NCBI RefSeq assembly: GCF_963921235.1
Contig: NC_086097.1
Span: 208,880,001 to 208,944,000, forward strand
DNA: 64,000 bases
Direction of reading: 5' to 3'
Origin: Mobula hypostoma
Lineage: Eukaryota
In this document: in pieces, positions 11,813 to 24,017 of the stretch
How the letters are laid out: each line of letters begins with the position of its first letter
Numbering within the stretch: the first letter of the stretch is position 1
Program-made: the position numbers and the translations under genes
Notes under the pieces: generated by a model
The model's database searches: none
What the model saw: only the letters and a program-made list of their open reading frames with translations
What the model was told of the DNA's origin: nothing

Positions 11813-13049
11813 CAAAGTGAACGCAGCAGGCCAGGCAGCATCTATAGGAAGAGGTACAGTCCACGCTTCAGGCTGAGACCCTTCGTCAGGACTATCTGAA
11901 GGAAGAGTTAGTAAGAGATTTGAAAGTGGGAGGGGGAGGGGGAGATCCAAAATGATAGGAGAAGACAGGACGGGGAGGGATGGAGCCAAGAACTGGACAG
12001 GTGTTTGGCAAAGGGGATATGAGAGGATCATGGGACAGGAGGTCTGGGGAGAAAGACCGGGGGGGGGGGAACCAGAGGATGGGCAAGGGGTATAGTCAGA
12101 GGGACAGAGGGAGAAAAAGGAGAGTGAGAGAAAGAATGTGTGTGTAAAAATAAATAACGGATGGGGTACGAGGGGGAGGTGGGGCATTAGTGGAAGTTAG
12201 AGAAGTCGATGTTCATGCCATCAGGTTGGAGGCTACCCAGACGGAATATAAGGTGTTGTTCCTCCAACCTGAGTGTGGCTTCATCTTTACAGTAAAGGAG
12301 GCCGTGGATAGACATGTCAGAATGGGAATGGGATGTGGAATTGAAATGTGTGGCCACTGGGAGATCCTGCTTTCTCTGGCGGACAGAGCGTATGTATTCA
12401 GCAAAGTGGTCTCCCAGTCTGCGTCGGGTCTCGCCAATCGGGAGCACCAGACGCAGCATATCACCCCAACCGACTCACAGGTGAAGTGTCGCCTCAACTG
12501 GAGGGACTGTCTGGGGCCCTGAATGGTGGTAAGGGAGGAAGTGTAATGGGCATGTGTAGCACTTGTTCCACTTACAAGGATAAGTGCCAGGAGGGAGATC
12601 AGTGGGGATGGATGGGGGGGGGACGAATGGACAAGGGAGTCACGTAGCGAGCGATCCCTGCGGAAAGCGGGGGGGGGAGGGCAAGATGTGCTTAGTGGGG
12701 ATCCCGTTGGAGGTGGCGGAAGTTATGGAGAATAATATGTTGGACCCGGAGGCTGGTGGGGTGGTAGGTGAGGACCAGGGGAACCCTATTCCTAGCGGGG
12801 TGCCACCTGTCCAGCTCTTGGCTCCATCCCTCCCCCTCCTGTCTTCTCCTATCATTTTGGATCTCCCCCTCCCCCTCCCACTTTCAAATCTCTTACTAAC
12901 TCTTCCTTCAGTTAGTCCTGACGAAGGGTCTCGGCCTGTAATGTCAACTGTACCTCTTCCTATAGATGCTGCCTGGCCTGCTGCGTTCACCAGCAACTTT
13001 GATGTGTGTTGCTTGAATTTCCAGCATCTGCAGAATTCCTGTTGATTTC
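11813..13049 (-). mobile_element. Penelope-like element 3' part (GIY-YIG endonuclease plus tail) with an inverted copy of the tail at 12804-13044
   Basis: Minus-strand peptides RHFTCESVGVICCVWCSR and IGETRRRLGDHFAE...PVATHFN...LEEQHLIFRLGSLQPDGMN. Arms are 11817-12003 / 12804-12990, with possible TSD actattcct at 11804-11812 and 13050-13058. Confidence 0.9.
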
Positions 13050-13524
13050 ACTATTCCTGTTGCCTTTGTAAAAATGTTAGAATAGATAAAAGGTTGACAG
13101 ATAGGTTAAAGAAATGGTGAGCAACCTAGTGAAAAAGGGAGAACCTAATCTGTGCATTGATACCATTCCATCAATAACATGATCAATGATTCAGCCCAGG
13201 TTAATTATTATAGGGCTTAAAGTATGAATTCTATGTACTTAGATATAAACGTGCTTTGCTAAAGTAATCAATAGGAAGAGACATGCTTGATACAGTGACG
13301 TAATACTCAGTAGAGGTATGACTTCTCGAAGGGGCTTTTCCAAGGGTCACTGAGCATCTAAGCTCCAATATGTTTGTTGAAGACTGGAATATAACTTACA
13401 GTAAATTTCAATTGTACTATAATGGGATAGGATAAATACCCATAAGTATTTTGTTTAATATCAGTTCTTATTTGAGATTTGAAATTATAGGAAAGAAATG
13501 AAATTGAAGGAAAGTTAATAATTA

Positions 13525-14195
13525 AGTTAGAACAACCTTCACAGCACAGGGCTTTCCTTCCTCTACCATTAATACTGCTCTCACCTGCATCTCCTCCATT
13601 TCCCGGAATCCATGTTCATCCCACCCTCTCACCACCCTAACAGGAATAGAGTTCTTCTTGTCCTTATCTGCCACCCTATCAGCTTTCAGATCCAACATAT
13701 TATTCCGCTCAACTTCCTTCACCTCCAAATGGATCCCACCACTAAACATACCTTTGCCTCCCCCATCCCCTCTCTCTGCTTTCCACAGGGATTGCTCTCT
13801 CCGTAATTCCCTTATCCATTCATCCCTCCCCACTAATATCCTTCCTGACTCTTCTCCCTGCAAGCAGCCAAAGTGCTAAACCTGCCCATTCACTTCCTCC
13901 CTCATCTCGATTCAGGGCCCCAAACAGTCCTTCCAGATGAGGCAACACCTACACTTGCGAATCTACTGGGGTTGTCTATTGTATCCAGTGCTCCCAATGT
14001 GGCCTCCCCTAAATTGGTGAGACCTGTTGTAAATTGCATGACCACTTTGTTGAGCATCCTCCAAAAGCAGAACCTCTGGTGGCCCAACAGTTTAATTCCC
14101 ACTCACTATTCCTGTTCCAAACTTCCGGTTCACGGCCTCCTGTTTTGCCAAGATAAGGTGACTCTCAGGGTGGAAGAGAGACACTTCATCATTCT
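13525..14195 (+). mobile_element. Decayed Penelope-like ORF fragment (RT C-terminus to GIY-YIG)
   Basis: NRVLLVLICHP, AFHRDCSLRNSLIHSSLP and GPKQSFQ...CGLP.IGET-like motifs in broken frames. Confidence 0.85.
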
Positions 14196-14694
14196 TCTTG
14201 TAATTGCAAGACTCTGTTGGATATCATTAATGTGGAATGCTGCAAGTCTGATCCACTGATTTGTTGGCGGATGGCGGGGGAGCTGTGAGGCCTTAGTAAG
14301 GACTAGGCCTCAAGCCACTGAGTTGCATGTTTACAGCCACCTAGGAGAGCCAGAGGCATTGGATTCGGTGCACCCCCCCCCCCAGTGTTCACTCAGCAGA
14401 CAATAAGCTGTATTGTGTTTGACTGTTCACAGGCAAATGCTGTTTCGTTTGGCTGTATACATGGGTGCTCACGTATGGTTGAATGACAATTGAACTTGAA
14501 CTTGCAAAGAGGGAGGGTAAGCAGCTAGAAGTCTTGGTTCATATTGTTATCATTGGCCTGGTAGGAAAGGTGATGAGGGCCTGCAAAGTAACTTCAGGGA
14601 GTTAGGTGCTAAGCTAAAGGACAGGACCTCCAGAGTTGTGATCTCAAGTTTACTACTCATGCCACAACCTAGTAAACCAGACATAGGAAGACAT

Positions 14695-15527
14695 AGGCAA
14701 AAAAGTGGCAGATAGAATATGGTGGTGGGAAATATATGATAATGCATTTTGGTAAAAGGAACAATAGTGCAAACTATCATCTAAATGGGGAGAAGGTTCA
14801 AACATAAGAGGTGCAGAGTGATTTAGGAGTCCTCATGCAACACTCCCAGAAGGTTAATCTACCAGTTGCATCTGTGGTGAGAAGGCAAATGCAATGTTGG
14901 CACTTATTTCAAGGCAAATAGAATATAAAAGCAAGGAGATAATGCTGAGCCTTTATAAGACACTAGTCTGGCTGCACTTGGAGTATTGTCAACAGTTTTG
15001 GGCCCCATATCTCAGAAAGGATGTGATGACGTTGGAGAGAGTTCAGAGGAGGTTCATCAAGATGATTCTGGGAATGAAGGGGTTAACATATGAGGACCAT
15101 TTGGCAGCTTTGGACCTGTACTCACTGAAATTTAGGAGAATGCTGGGGGATCTCAAAGAAATCCACTGAATGTTGAAAGACCTAGATAAGGTGGATGTGG
15201 AGAGGATGTTTCCTATGGTGGGGATATCCAGAACTGGAGGGCACAGCCTCAAAATTGAGGGGTGACCCTACAGAACAGAGGTAAGGAAGAAATTTTTTTA
15301 GCCAGAGAGTAGTAAATCTGTAGAATGCTCTGCCACAGACTGTGGTGGAAGCCAAGTCTGTGCGTATATTCAAGGCAGAAGTTGATTGTTTCCTGATCAG
15401 ATATGCCAAGAAGGCAGGTGTATGGGGTTGAGTGGGATCCAGGATCAGCCATTATGGAATGGCAGAGCACACTCGATGGGTTGAATGGCTAAATTCTGCT
15501 CCTATGTCTTATGATCTTATGGTCTTA
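14695..15527 (+). mobile_element. CR1 3' fragment nested in older CR1
   Basis: LYKTLVWLHLEYCQQFWAPYLRKD...; (TCTTATGG)n-like tail. Confidence 0.85.
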
Positions 15528-16884
15528 TCATACAGTTTATCTTGTGGCTAAGGAGATGGTGCAAGAGGCAAGACTTCATATGTTTAGATCAATGGGCTCT
15601 CTTCCAGGGAAGATGGGACCTGTACAGATGGAACGGTTTACACTTGAACTGGAGGGGTTTAATATCCTTGTGGAAAGGTTTGTTAATGTTGCGCAGGGTT
15701 GCTTAAAATGGAGTTGCGGGGGGGGGGGGGGATAGGAACCAGAATGCCAGAGCAAGTGGTAAAGTGGTGTGAGGAAAGATGTTGTTATGCCTACATGCAA
15801 AGTCAGGAATTGAAAGGTTAAGCATGGTGGGAATAACGTTCTGAGATGTGTATACATCAATGCAAGGAGAATCGTAGAGAAGGTGGAGGAGCTGAGAACA
15901 TCGTCCTCATGGACATGGATTATAGCCATTAGTGAGAGTCTTGGTTGAAGGATGGGCAGGACTGGCAGCTCAGTGTTGTAGGATTCCATTGTTTTAGACA
16001 TGTTAGAGTGGGAAGGATTAAGGGGGTGGGGTGTCATTACTAATCAGGGAAAACGTCACTGCAGTGCTCTGACAGGACAGACTGGAATGCTCGTTTACTG
16101 ATTTTATATGTGTGGAACTGAGGAATAATAAAGAGATGACCATGTTAATAGGATTATATTATAAACTGTCCAACAGTACTTTGGATTTAGAAGAGCAAAT
16201 TTGCAAAGAGATCAAGGAACATATGTTTATGATCATAGGTAATTTTTCCTTTCCACATATTGACTGCGACTCCCACACTGTAAAACGGTTGGATGGGATA
16301 GGGTTTTGCAAATGTGTTCTGGAAAGTTTCCTTAATCAGTACAAAGAGCTCCCAACTAGAGAGAGTGTGACTCTGGATCTCAATTTGGGAATGAAACAGG
16401 GCAGGTGACAGAAGTTTGTTTAGAGGAACACTGAATCCAGTGATCATAATGCCATTTGTTTCAAGATTAATTGTGGATAAAAATGGGTGTGATCTTTGGG
16501 TGAATTCCAAATTGGATAAAGGCCAATTTTGATGGTATTGTAAAGGATCATGTAAGTGTGGATTGGGGCAGGTTGTTTTCTAGCAAAGGTGTACTTGGTA
16601 AATGAGAGGCCTTCAGAAGTGACATTTGAAGAGCACAGAATTTGTATGCTTCTGTCAGAATGAAAAACAGGGACAACAGGTTAAGGCGACCTTGGTTTCA
16701 GCAATCCTGGTTAAGAAAGAGAAGGAGGTGCATAGCAGGTATAAGCAGGAAGGAGCAAATCAGCTACTTGTGGAGTGTAAGAAATGCAAGAGAACACTTA
16801 AGAAAGAAATCAGGAGAGCTAAAAGAAGGCTTGAGGTGAAGGAGAATCTCAAGGACTTTTACAGATATATTAGAAGAATATATA

Positions 16885-17549
16885 TGAAGAAGGCAAGTGC
16901 AATGTTGACATTCATTTCTAGAGGAATAGAGTATAGGAGCAGGGATGTGATGTTGAGGCTCTATAAGGCGCTGGTGAGACCTCACTTGGAGTACTGTGGG
17001 CAGTTTTGGTCTCCTTATTTAAGAAAGGATGTGCTGATGTTGCAGAGGGTGCAGAAAAGATTCACGAGAATGATTCCGGAAATGAGAGGGTTAACATATG
17101 AGGAACATTTGTCTGCTCTTGGACTGTATTCCTTGCAGTTTAGAAGAATGAGGGGAGACCTCATAGAAACATTTCAAATGTTGAAAGGCATGGACAGAGT
17201 GGATGTGGCTAAGTTATTTCCCATGATGGGGGAGTCTAGTACAAGAGGGCATGACTTAAGGATTGAAAAGCGCCCATTCAGAACAGAGATGCGAAGAAAT
17301 TTTTTAGCCAGAGGGTGGTGAATCTATGGAATTTCTTGCCACGGGCGGAAGTGGAGGCCAAGTCATTGGGTGTATTTAAGGCAGAGATTGATAGGTATCT
17401 GAGTAGCCAGGGCATCAAAGGTTATGGTGAAAAGGCGGGGGAGTGGGACTAAATGGGAGAATGGATCAGCTCATGATAAAATGGCGGAGCAGCCTCGATG
17501 GGCCGAATGGCCGCCTTCTGCTCCTTTGTCTTATGGTCTTATGGTCTTA
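16885..17549 (+). mobile_element. Young CR1 3' fragment, same subfamily as 44886-45993
   Basis: LYKALVRPHLEYCGQFWSPYLRKD...RGDLIETFQ; tail gtcttatggtcttatggtctta. Confidence 0.9.
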
Positions 17550-17969
17550 TTAAGAGCAAAAGGATAGCAAGGGACAGCATTGGTCCTCTGGAAGGCCATA
17601 TATTCATGGAGCTAGAAGAGATGGAGGAGATATTAAATGTATTTTTGCATCCATATTTACTTGGGAGGCTGACACAAAGCTTATGTAAGTGATGGGCCCA
17701 ATGGCCTGTTTCTCTGCTGTAGTATTTTAAGACTCTATAAAACAAAAGGAGAATGGAAAGAGGAGAGCAAGAGAAAAGCAAAGGGAGTAAGTGAAGCCAC
17801 TTGGGTAAAAAACAATAAACAAAAGGAATGTTGGAGGGAGGGAAATATTTGGAGTAAGGGAGAGAGACAAAATATTGGCAATAAAATACTGCAGCTGATG
17901 AAAATCTGAAATCAAATCTAATAGTTCTGGAAGTATTCAGTGGGTCAAGCTGAAATTTTGATTTCACTC

Positions 17970-19490
17970 GATCAACTGCAATGTGCCTACCACCAAAACA
18001 GGAGTACAGTGGCAGCCATCTCCCTGGCCCTACACTCACCTCTCAAAACATCTGAACAATAAAGAAATCTGCAAAATATCTTGTGTTTATGGCCTACCTT
18101 AGGCTATTTTTTTTAATTGATCACAGCTCTGTTTTCAATACAGTAATTCCAAACAAGCACGTAAACCTCCTTTTGCAAATGAATCTTTGGCCTCCTGACC
18201 AACAGACCAGAATTAGTAAGGAAATGCAACAACACCTTCACCATGACTATTCCAGCACTAGTGCCTCAGCAAGGTGCATCTACAGGACCCCACTTGACTC
18301 CCTATGCACTCTTGACAGTGAGGTCAAATTCTGCTCTAACTCCATCTGTAAGTTTGCAGATGAACCCACAGTAGGGAGGCGTATCTCAGAAAATGATGAG
18401 TCAAAATGCAGGAGTTAGTTAGTCATAGTCATTGTCATACTTTATTGATCCCGAAGGAAATTGTTTTTCGTTACAGTCGCACCAACCAAGAACAGAGTAT
18501 AAATAAAGCAATATAAACCCAGAACTAATTAAATAATAATATGTAAATGCCAGGAAGTAGGTCCAGGACCAGCCTATTGGCTCAGGGTGTCTGACCCTCC
18601 AAGGGAGGAGTTGTAAAGTTTGATGGCCACAGGCAGGAATGACTTCCTATGACGTTCAGTGTTGCATCTTGGTGGAATGAGTCTCTGGCTGAATGTACTG
18701 TTGTGCTCAACCAGTCCACTATGTAGTGGATGGGAGACATTGTCCAAGATGGCATGCAACCTGGACAGTATCCTCTTTTCAAACACCACCATCAGAGAGT
18801 CCAGTTGACAGCAACCTTTCTTTCAATGTCAGCAACATTTAAAAAATGGTAATTGACTTCAGGAAGGGGGTGCTGCACATGTTCCTACCTTCATCAGTTG
18901 CACTGTCAAGAAACTAGAAACCCTTTTGTTCCTAGGAGTGAACATCACCAGTAGTCTCCCCTGGTCCAACCATGTGAATATTATGGCCAAGAAAGCTCAC
19001 TACCTCCTCTAGCTCCTTAGGAATCTGAAAAAAAAAATTGACATATCCCCATTGACCCTCATCAGTTTTTATTGATGCACCATGGAAAGCATCCTATTCA
19101 GATGCATTACACCTTGGTATGACAACTGTTCTACCTGTGATTACAAGAAACTGCTGAGTTGGGGATATAGCTCAGTACATCTGAGATACCAACCTTCCCT
19201 CCATGGACACTGCCTACGCTTCTCATTGCCTTTCTAAAGTAGCCGACATAATCAATGACCTCACTTATCTGGATATTCTCTCTTCTTCCTCCTCCCATTG
19301 AGCAGAAGATACAAAAGCCTGGAAGCATGTACCATCCGACTTAAGACAGCTTTTGTCCAATTGTCTTAAGACTATTGGATGGTGCCCTAGTGCAATAAGA
19401 TGAACTCTTCACTTCACAAACTACCTTATTAGAGGTTTTCACTTTATTGTCCACGAGCACTGCAATTTCTCAGTAACTCTAACTCTTCAT
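17970..19490 (+). mobile_element. Decayed Rex1/Babar LINE RT and 3' end, interrupted at 18416-18806
   Basis: FLIDHSSVFNTVIP, ICKFADEPTVG and FYXCTMESIL motifs. Confidence 0.8.
18416..18806 (-). mobile_element. Rex1/Babar LINE 3' end, same family as 5950-6745
   Basis: KRILSRLHAILDNVSHPLH...GGSDTLSQ*; (ATGACT)n-like tail. Confidence 0.9.
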
Positions 19491-19544
19491 TGGCCTGCTT
19501 GAAGCAGGAGCCTAACGCATTCTGCCAAAGTGAGAGGTTAAAGA

Positions 19545-19800
19545 TATCAGTAAATTCTCTAGCCCTTTGATCAGCACAGGTCTTTAGTTCTCGACCAGGT
19601 ACGTTGTTGGGCCAGATGTTTTCTGTCGGTTTACCGTCTTGACGGATGCTCTCATGTTGGCCTCAGAGACGAAATCTCAGGGTCATCTGGAGCAGTGGGA
19701 GTTTGTAAAGGTGCCTTCATATTTTGATGGTCAAAATGAGCGTAAAAGGCATTGAGCTCAACTGGGAGGAAAACCTTTCTATCACCAATGTCGCTTGGTT
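19545..19800 (-). mobile_element. Rex1/Babar LINE fragment (region upstream of RT)
   Basis: Reverse complement resembles the K..GP.NVPGRELKTCADQ...FTDIFNLSL segment seen in other copies. Confidence 0.6.
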
Positions 19801-19886
19801 AAACTTTGTAGAAGGTATACAATTTTAATCTTTCTTGGATGACATCTACAAAGGGCTGGATCAGGGTGTTCCCATGATATTACATA

Positions 19887-21521
19887 AAGGTTTCCCCCGC
19901 CATCCAAAGGTAGAGCATTCCTATGAAACGGTTCGCAAGCCGAAATGTCGTAAAGCAAAGAAGCAATTACCATTTATTTATATGGGAAAACTTTGTGAGC
20001 GTTCACAGACCCAAAAATAACCTACCAAATCATGCCAAATAACACGCAAAACCTAAAATAACAGTAACATATAGTAAAAGCAGGAATGGTATGATAAATA
20101 CACAGCCTATATAAAGTAGAAATACTTCTCTACAACGATTGCCTGCACACATCTCCGTAGCGAAAATCTCACGCAAGTGCTCTCAGCAGAAAATCTCACG
20201 CAAGCGCTGTTGACATAAGCGTGCTCTCCAGTAACCTTTAAACTATGAAGCTGCCAAATCTACCAAATAACACATAAAAATACACAGCCTATATAAAGTA
20301 GAAATAATGTATGTGCAGTGTAGTATCACTTACCGGAATTGGGAAAACAGCGCCGAGCACACTGATAATGGTGTGTTAGACTGAGTCGTCGCAGGCTGGG
20401 TGGTGCAGTGGCCCCCACCCTCCGGGCCACTGACCCGATACATTACTGTGAAGAACACAGCAGCAGCTGGGAGGCACACAACACATCGTTAAGAAAAAAG
20501 CCGAAATAAACATGCTAATTAATTAGGTGCCGCCGACACGTAATTGTCAGCCCAGATCAGAGGCGATGCAATCGGAAATCGGCACTGATCTGGGCCAACA
20601 ATTACGTGTTGGCGGCACCTAATTAATTAGCATGTTTATTTCGGCTTTTTTCTTAAAGATGTGCTGTGTGCCTCCTGGCTACTGCTGCGTTCTTCGCGAA
20701 TCGGTACAGTATCTGTCCGGGGCCCAGGTGTTGGGGTGGTGGGACATGGGGTGTCATCTCATCATCGATCAGGGCAGGCAGCTCATCCTCTCCTATGACT
20801 GCCTGCCTCGATGTTGAAGGTCGAGGTTCAGCGTCTGCTGTGGCTGATGTGGAAGGCTTGCTTTACTGCTGAGCCTCACGCATTTTTCTATCATACAGTT
20901 GTTTGTAAGCACTCAAACCACCCTGCAAATATCCCCTAAACCTACGTACCCTTTCAAGATTAAAGTCGTACTTTATCATTGCAGAGAAAATCACACACAG
21001 TTGCTTCACGTTCAATTCCTGGACAAGTTCACTTTCTGCATTCGGTTTCAATTGTTATCCTTCCTCTTCCAATTGCATCAGCTCTTCATCTATCAGTTCT
21101 TGGTCATGGGATGCCAAAACCTCTTCAACATCATCTTCGTCAACTTCCACAATCCAAACTCACTTTGTCCTTGCTTCGTTCACCACGATCGAAACGCTTA
21201 ATTATGTCTAGTTTTACGCTAAGTGTAACACCCTTACGAGCTCTTTCAGGCTTTTCCGACACCTTAGAACTCATCTTGCTAATGGCTGCTCAATGCAACG
21301 TGTTTCAGCAATGCCGTTCCGAATCCGGGACAGAGCGGCTGCTCGGGGCGCGCGCTGCCTTTTATCGCGCGCTGATTTTTTCGTGTGCTGATTTTTTATC
21401 GCGTGCTGCCTTTCTTCGTAACAGTGAAAACCCTTCTGAAAGGGAAAATAGGGTACTAATGTAAGTCTTTCGTAACAGTGAGGTTTCATAAAGCGAACGT
21501 TCGAAAAGCCGGGGACACCTG
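19887..21521 (-). mobile_element. Non-autonomous Tigger/pogo-like DNA transposon, copy 1
   Basis: Imperfect TIRs (c/a)aggtttcccccgccatcc / caggtgtccccggcttttcg and TA TSD; transposase N- and C-terminal remnants; internal palindrome at 20461-20687. Confidence 0.9.
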
Positions 21522-22689
21522 TATTTGCACATCCACTTTCTGCTCCAGGTATATTGTCAAGGGCCTAGCTGACAACCTACTTCCATCAATCCCAGCACAG
21601 AACTGCGTTCAGCTTTCGAAAATATCCTGCTGATGAGGAGCTAATCTGCAGATCAAATGGGAAACTGTTTAGCTACATGTCTTCATTCTAGAACCATGCT
21701 CAGTCCAGCTTCAGTCAGACCCGAGCCAAGCCATCATTAAAACTTTCAAGAAAATGAGCCTTGTAATGAGAATCTGCAAAATAAAGACCCTTTACCAATT
21801 TGTTCTGCTGTACAACACCATTGCCTGAAAACAAGTATTTATAACAAGACTCACGAAAATGTGAACCACTCCCTATGTCTCAGGGCCACCTCTCACTGAA
21901 GGGAGACATCAATGGTGAACTCCATTGCCTTCAGTGCAACAGCATACCCTTTGGCATTTGAGGACACAAGTACTTGAAGATCACGATGGTTAGGGTGTAT
22001 TCTGGAGTTACGCTATATAGAAAATGCTAATTTCAAGAGCAACCAGACTTCAGACCTAAATGTGGATTGTAGGTTAAATTTAAAATGCACCCAGAATAAT
22101 GGTGTTCTTTGAGCTGCAGATTGGGGTCAACTGGAAACTAAGAAACATTACATTTGACCTCAGATGCCTGCATATGTATGAGTGCAGCCCAGTGTCATTG
22201 GGCATTAATATTCATTTGGAGTGTCTGGAGTGTGGGTGTGAAGATGGAGGTGTTTGGAAATTATATGTAATTCAAAGGAAGCATTGTAGATACATTACAA
22301 CTATAAAATTATCCTGCTTTACCTTTGTCCTTTAACATATAAAAATGTCATGTAATATTGGGGCAGATGGGCTTCTTCTTCCAAGAGTGACTCAAGTATG
22401 ATGCCTACTGTTTGTTTTGCTGAATAAAGGTTTCTCTATCCACCAGCCTCTATCTCTCTGGTGACTTTGTTCGCAGGTCACAACAACATCAAGTCATGCA
22501 CAGGTTACATGGTCTGTTGAGCAGCTGGGACCCATGCCCCTGAGTCATTTGTTACCTCAAGCAAACATTTCAAAGCATCAGGGAACAGAGCACAAATACT
22601 GTCTACATTTAAGACACTCTTAGATAGGTACATAGATGACAGAAAAATAAAGGGCTATGTGAGAGAAAAGGGTTAGCACAACATTATAA

Positions 22690-23720
22690 AAGGTTCAAAG
22701 ATTCATTTATTATCAAAGCATACAACTCAAACAAGATGCTGGAAGTCTGAGCAACACACCCAGAATGCTGAAAAAACTCATCAGGCCAAGCGGAGTTGTG
22801 GAAGTGACTGGGAGAGGGACACCAGGTCCTTTCTCGTAGTGGGAAGGGTTTCAACCCGAAACGTGGACTGTACTCTTTTCCATAGAAGCTGCCTGGCCTG
22901 CTGAGTTCCTCCAGCATTTTGTGTGTGTTACGCTGAGATTCCTCTTCTCCAGGTAGCCGCAAAACCAAGAAAAAATAGAACAGCAACATGATCATCAACC
23001 CTCCCCCCGCACGAAATGAAAAAAGATCATCAGCCTGCAAATCACCCTCTCCCCGGACAAAGAATTTAACAGAAAACATTGACCCCCCAGACTCACCTTC
23101 CCCTGAACGAAATACCATAAGAACATCGATCCCAAATCCCCCTCCCTCGCACAAAAGGTATTGAGAAAGTACAGGTGAAAACACAGAATATAAAAACTAA
23201 GCATCTAAAAAAACTATTAGACTGAAAAAAAGTCCACTGCCCATAGTCCAAATCCACATCCATATCTGTATCTATATCATAAATGCAGAAAGCCTCACTA
23301 ACATCCCTGGGAACAGCAGCAGGCCACACAGGCTCCTCCCTCTGGCAGCAGAATGACCCCACCAGCGATCAGAAGGTAGGAGGCCAATGCTCTTGCTCCC
23401 TCATTCGTCTCAATGTTTCACTCTCCCTTGTCGCTCTAATTGGCAAAAAATGGAAGCTTTAAATGGTGAAATGGAGTCAAGCATCAGCTCATGCCCCCCT
23501 GCACCGCAGCCTCCTTGCCACGAGGCTCCCGCTCACTGCCTCCCAGAATTCTCTCAGATACAACAAATTGCTGGATCACCTAAACAATCTCCAAACTGTA
23601 AATATCAGGCTCCAACAGTTTCAGAAACACATTCAGGATGAAAAACAAATGAAAAAGACATAAAAGAAGTGAAATAAATATTTTCATGGCCTATCCAGAA
23701 GATGTCGACCGTGAAAGCAT
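22690..23720 (-). mobile_element. LINE 3' UTR (Rex1-like ttgaac tail) with a nested degenerate Penelope-like fold-back (~22733-22930)
   Basis: ggttcaaagattcatttattatcaaag tail. The nested segment runs gatgctggaagtctgagcaacacac...gctgagttcctccagcattttgtgtgtg. Confidence 0.55.
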
Positions 23721-24017
23721 TGTACGCAGGCACCATCTTGACCAGCAGGTTGTTAAGCTGAAGGGCCTGTACTGTGCTGAACTGTTCTATGTTCAATGTT
23801 CCATCCCCCACCCTTGCCTTTCAGTATTCTGAAGGGATATTTTTCTATGTGAATCTGCGGTTTATTACTTACTCTACACCAGTGTTGACTCCTCTTCTCA
23901 TGGCCTTTCCTATGAAAAAACAGGAGATTTAATCCCTTCCCTTTCTATGATACAGGGACGAAAATGCTCCTCCCAAATGAAGCAGCAATTCAATTTCACT
24001 TCCTCCAGTTTACTATA

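Larger units (their letters stand above)
14505..17690 (+). mobile_element. Old CR1 (ORF1 esterase to ORF2 endonuclease region) split by two younger CR1 3' fragments
   Basis: ORF1-like LVHI...RELGAKLKDRTSRVVIS and DLY..ERFTLEL; ORF2-like CVYINARRIV, LIGLYYK and GNFSFPHID. Confidence 0.8.

Noticed and set aside
11858..11895. Hammerhead-like motifs at about 11870 and 12930
   Set aside because: Not called as ribozymes because the GAAA box or cleavage triplet is mutated.
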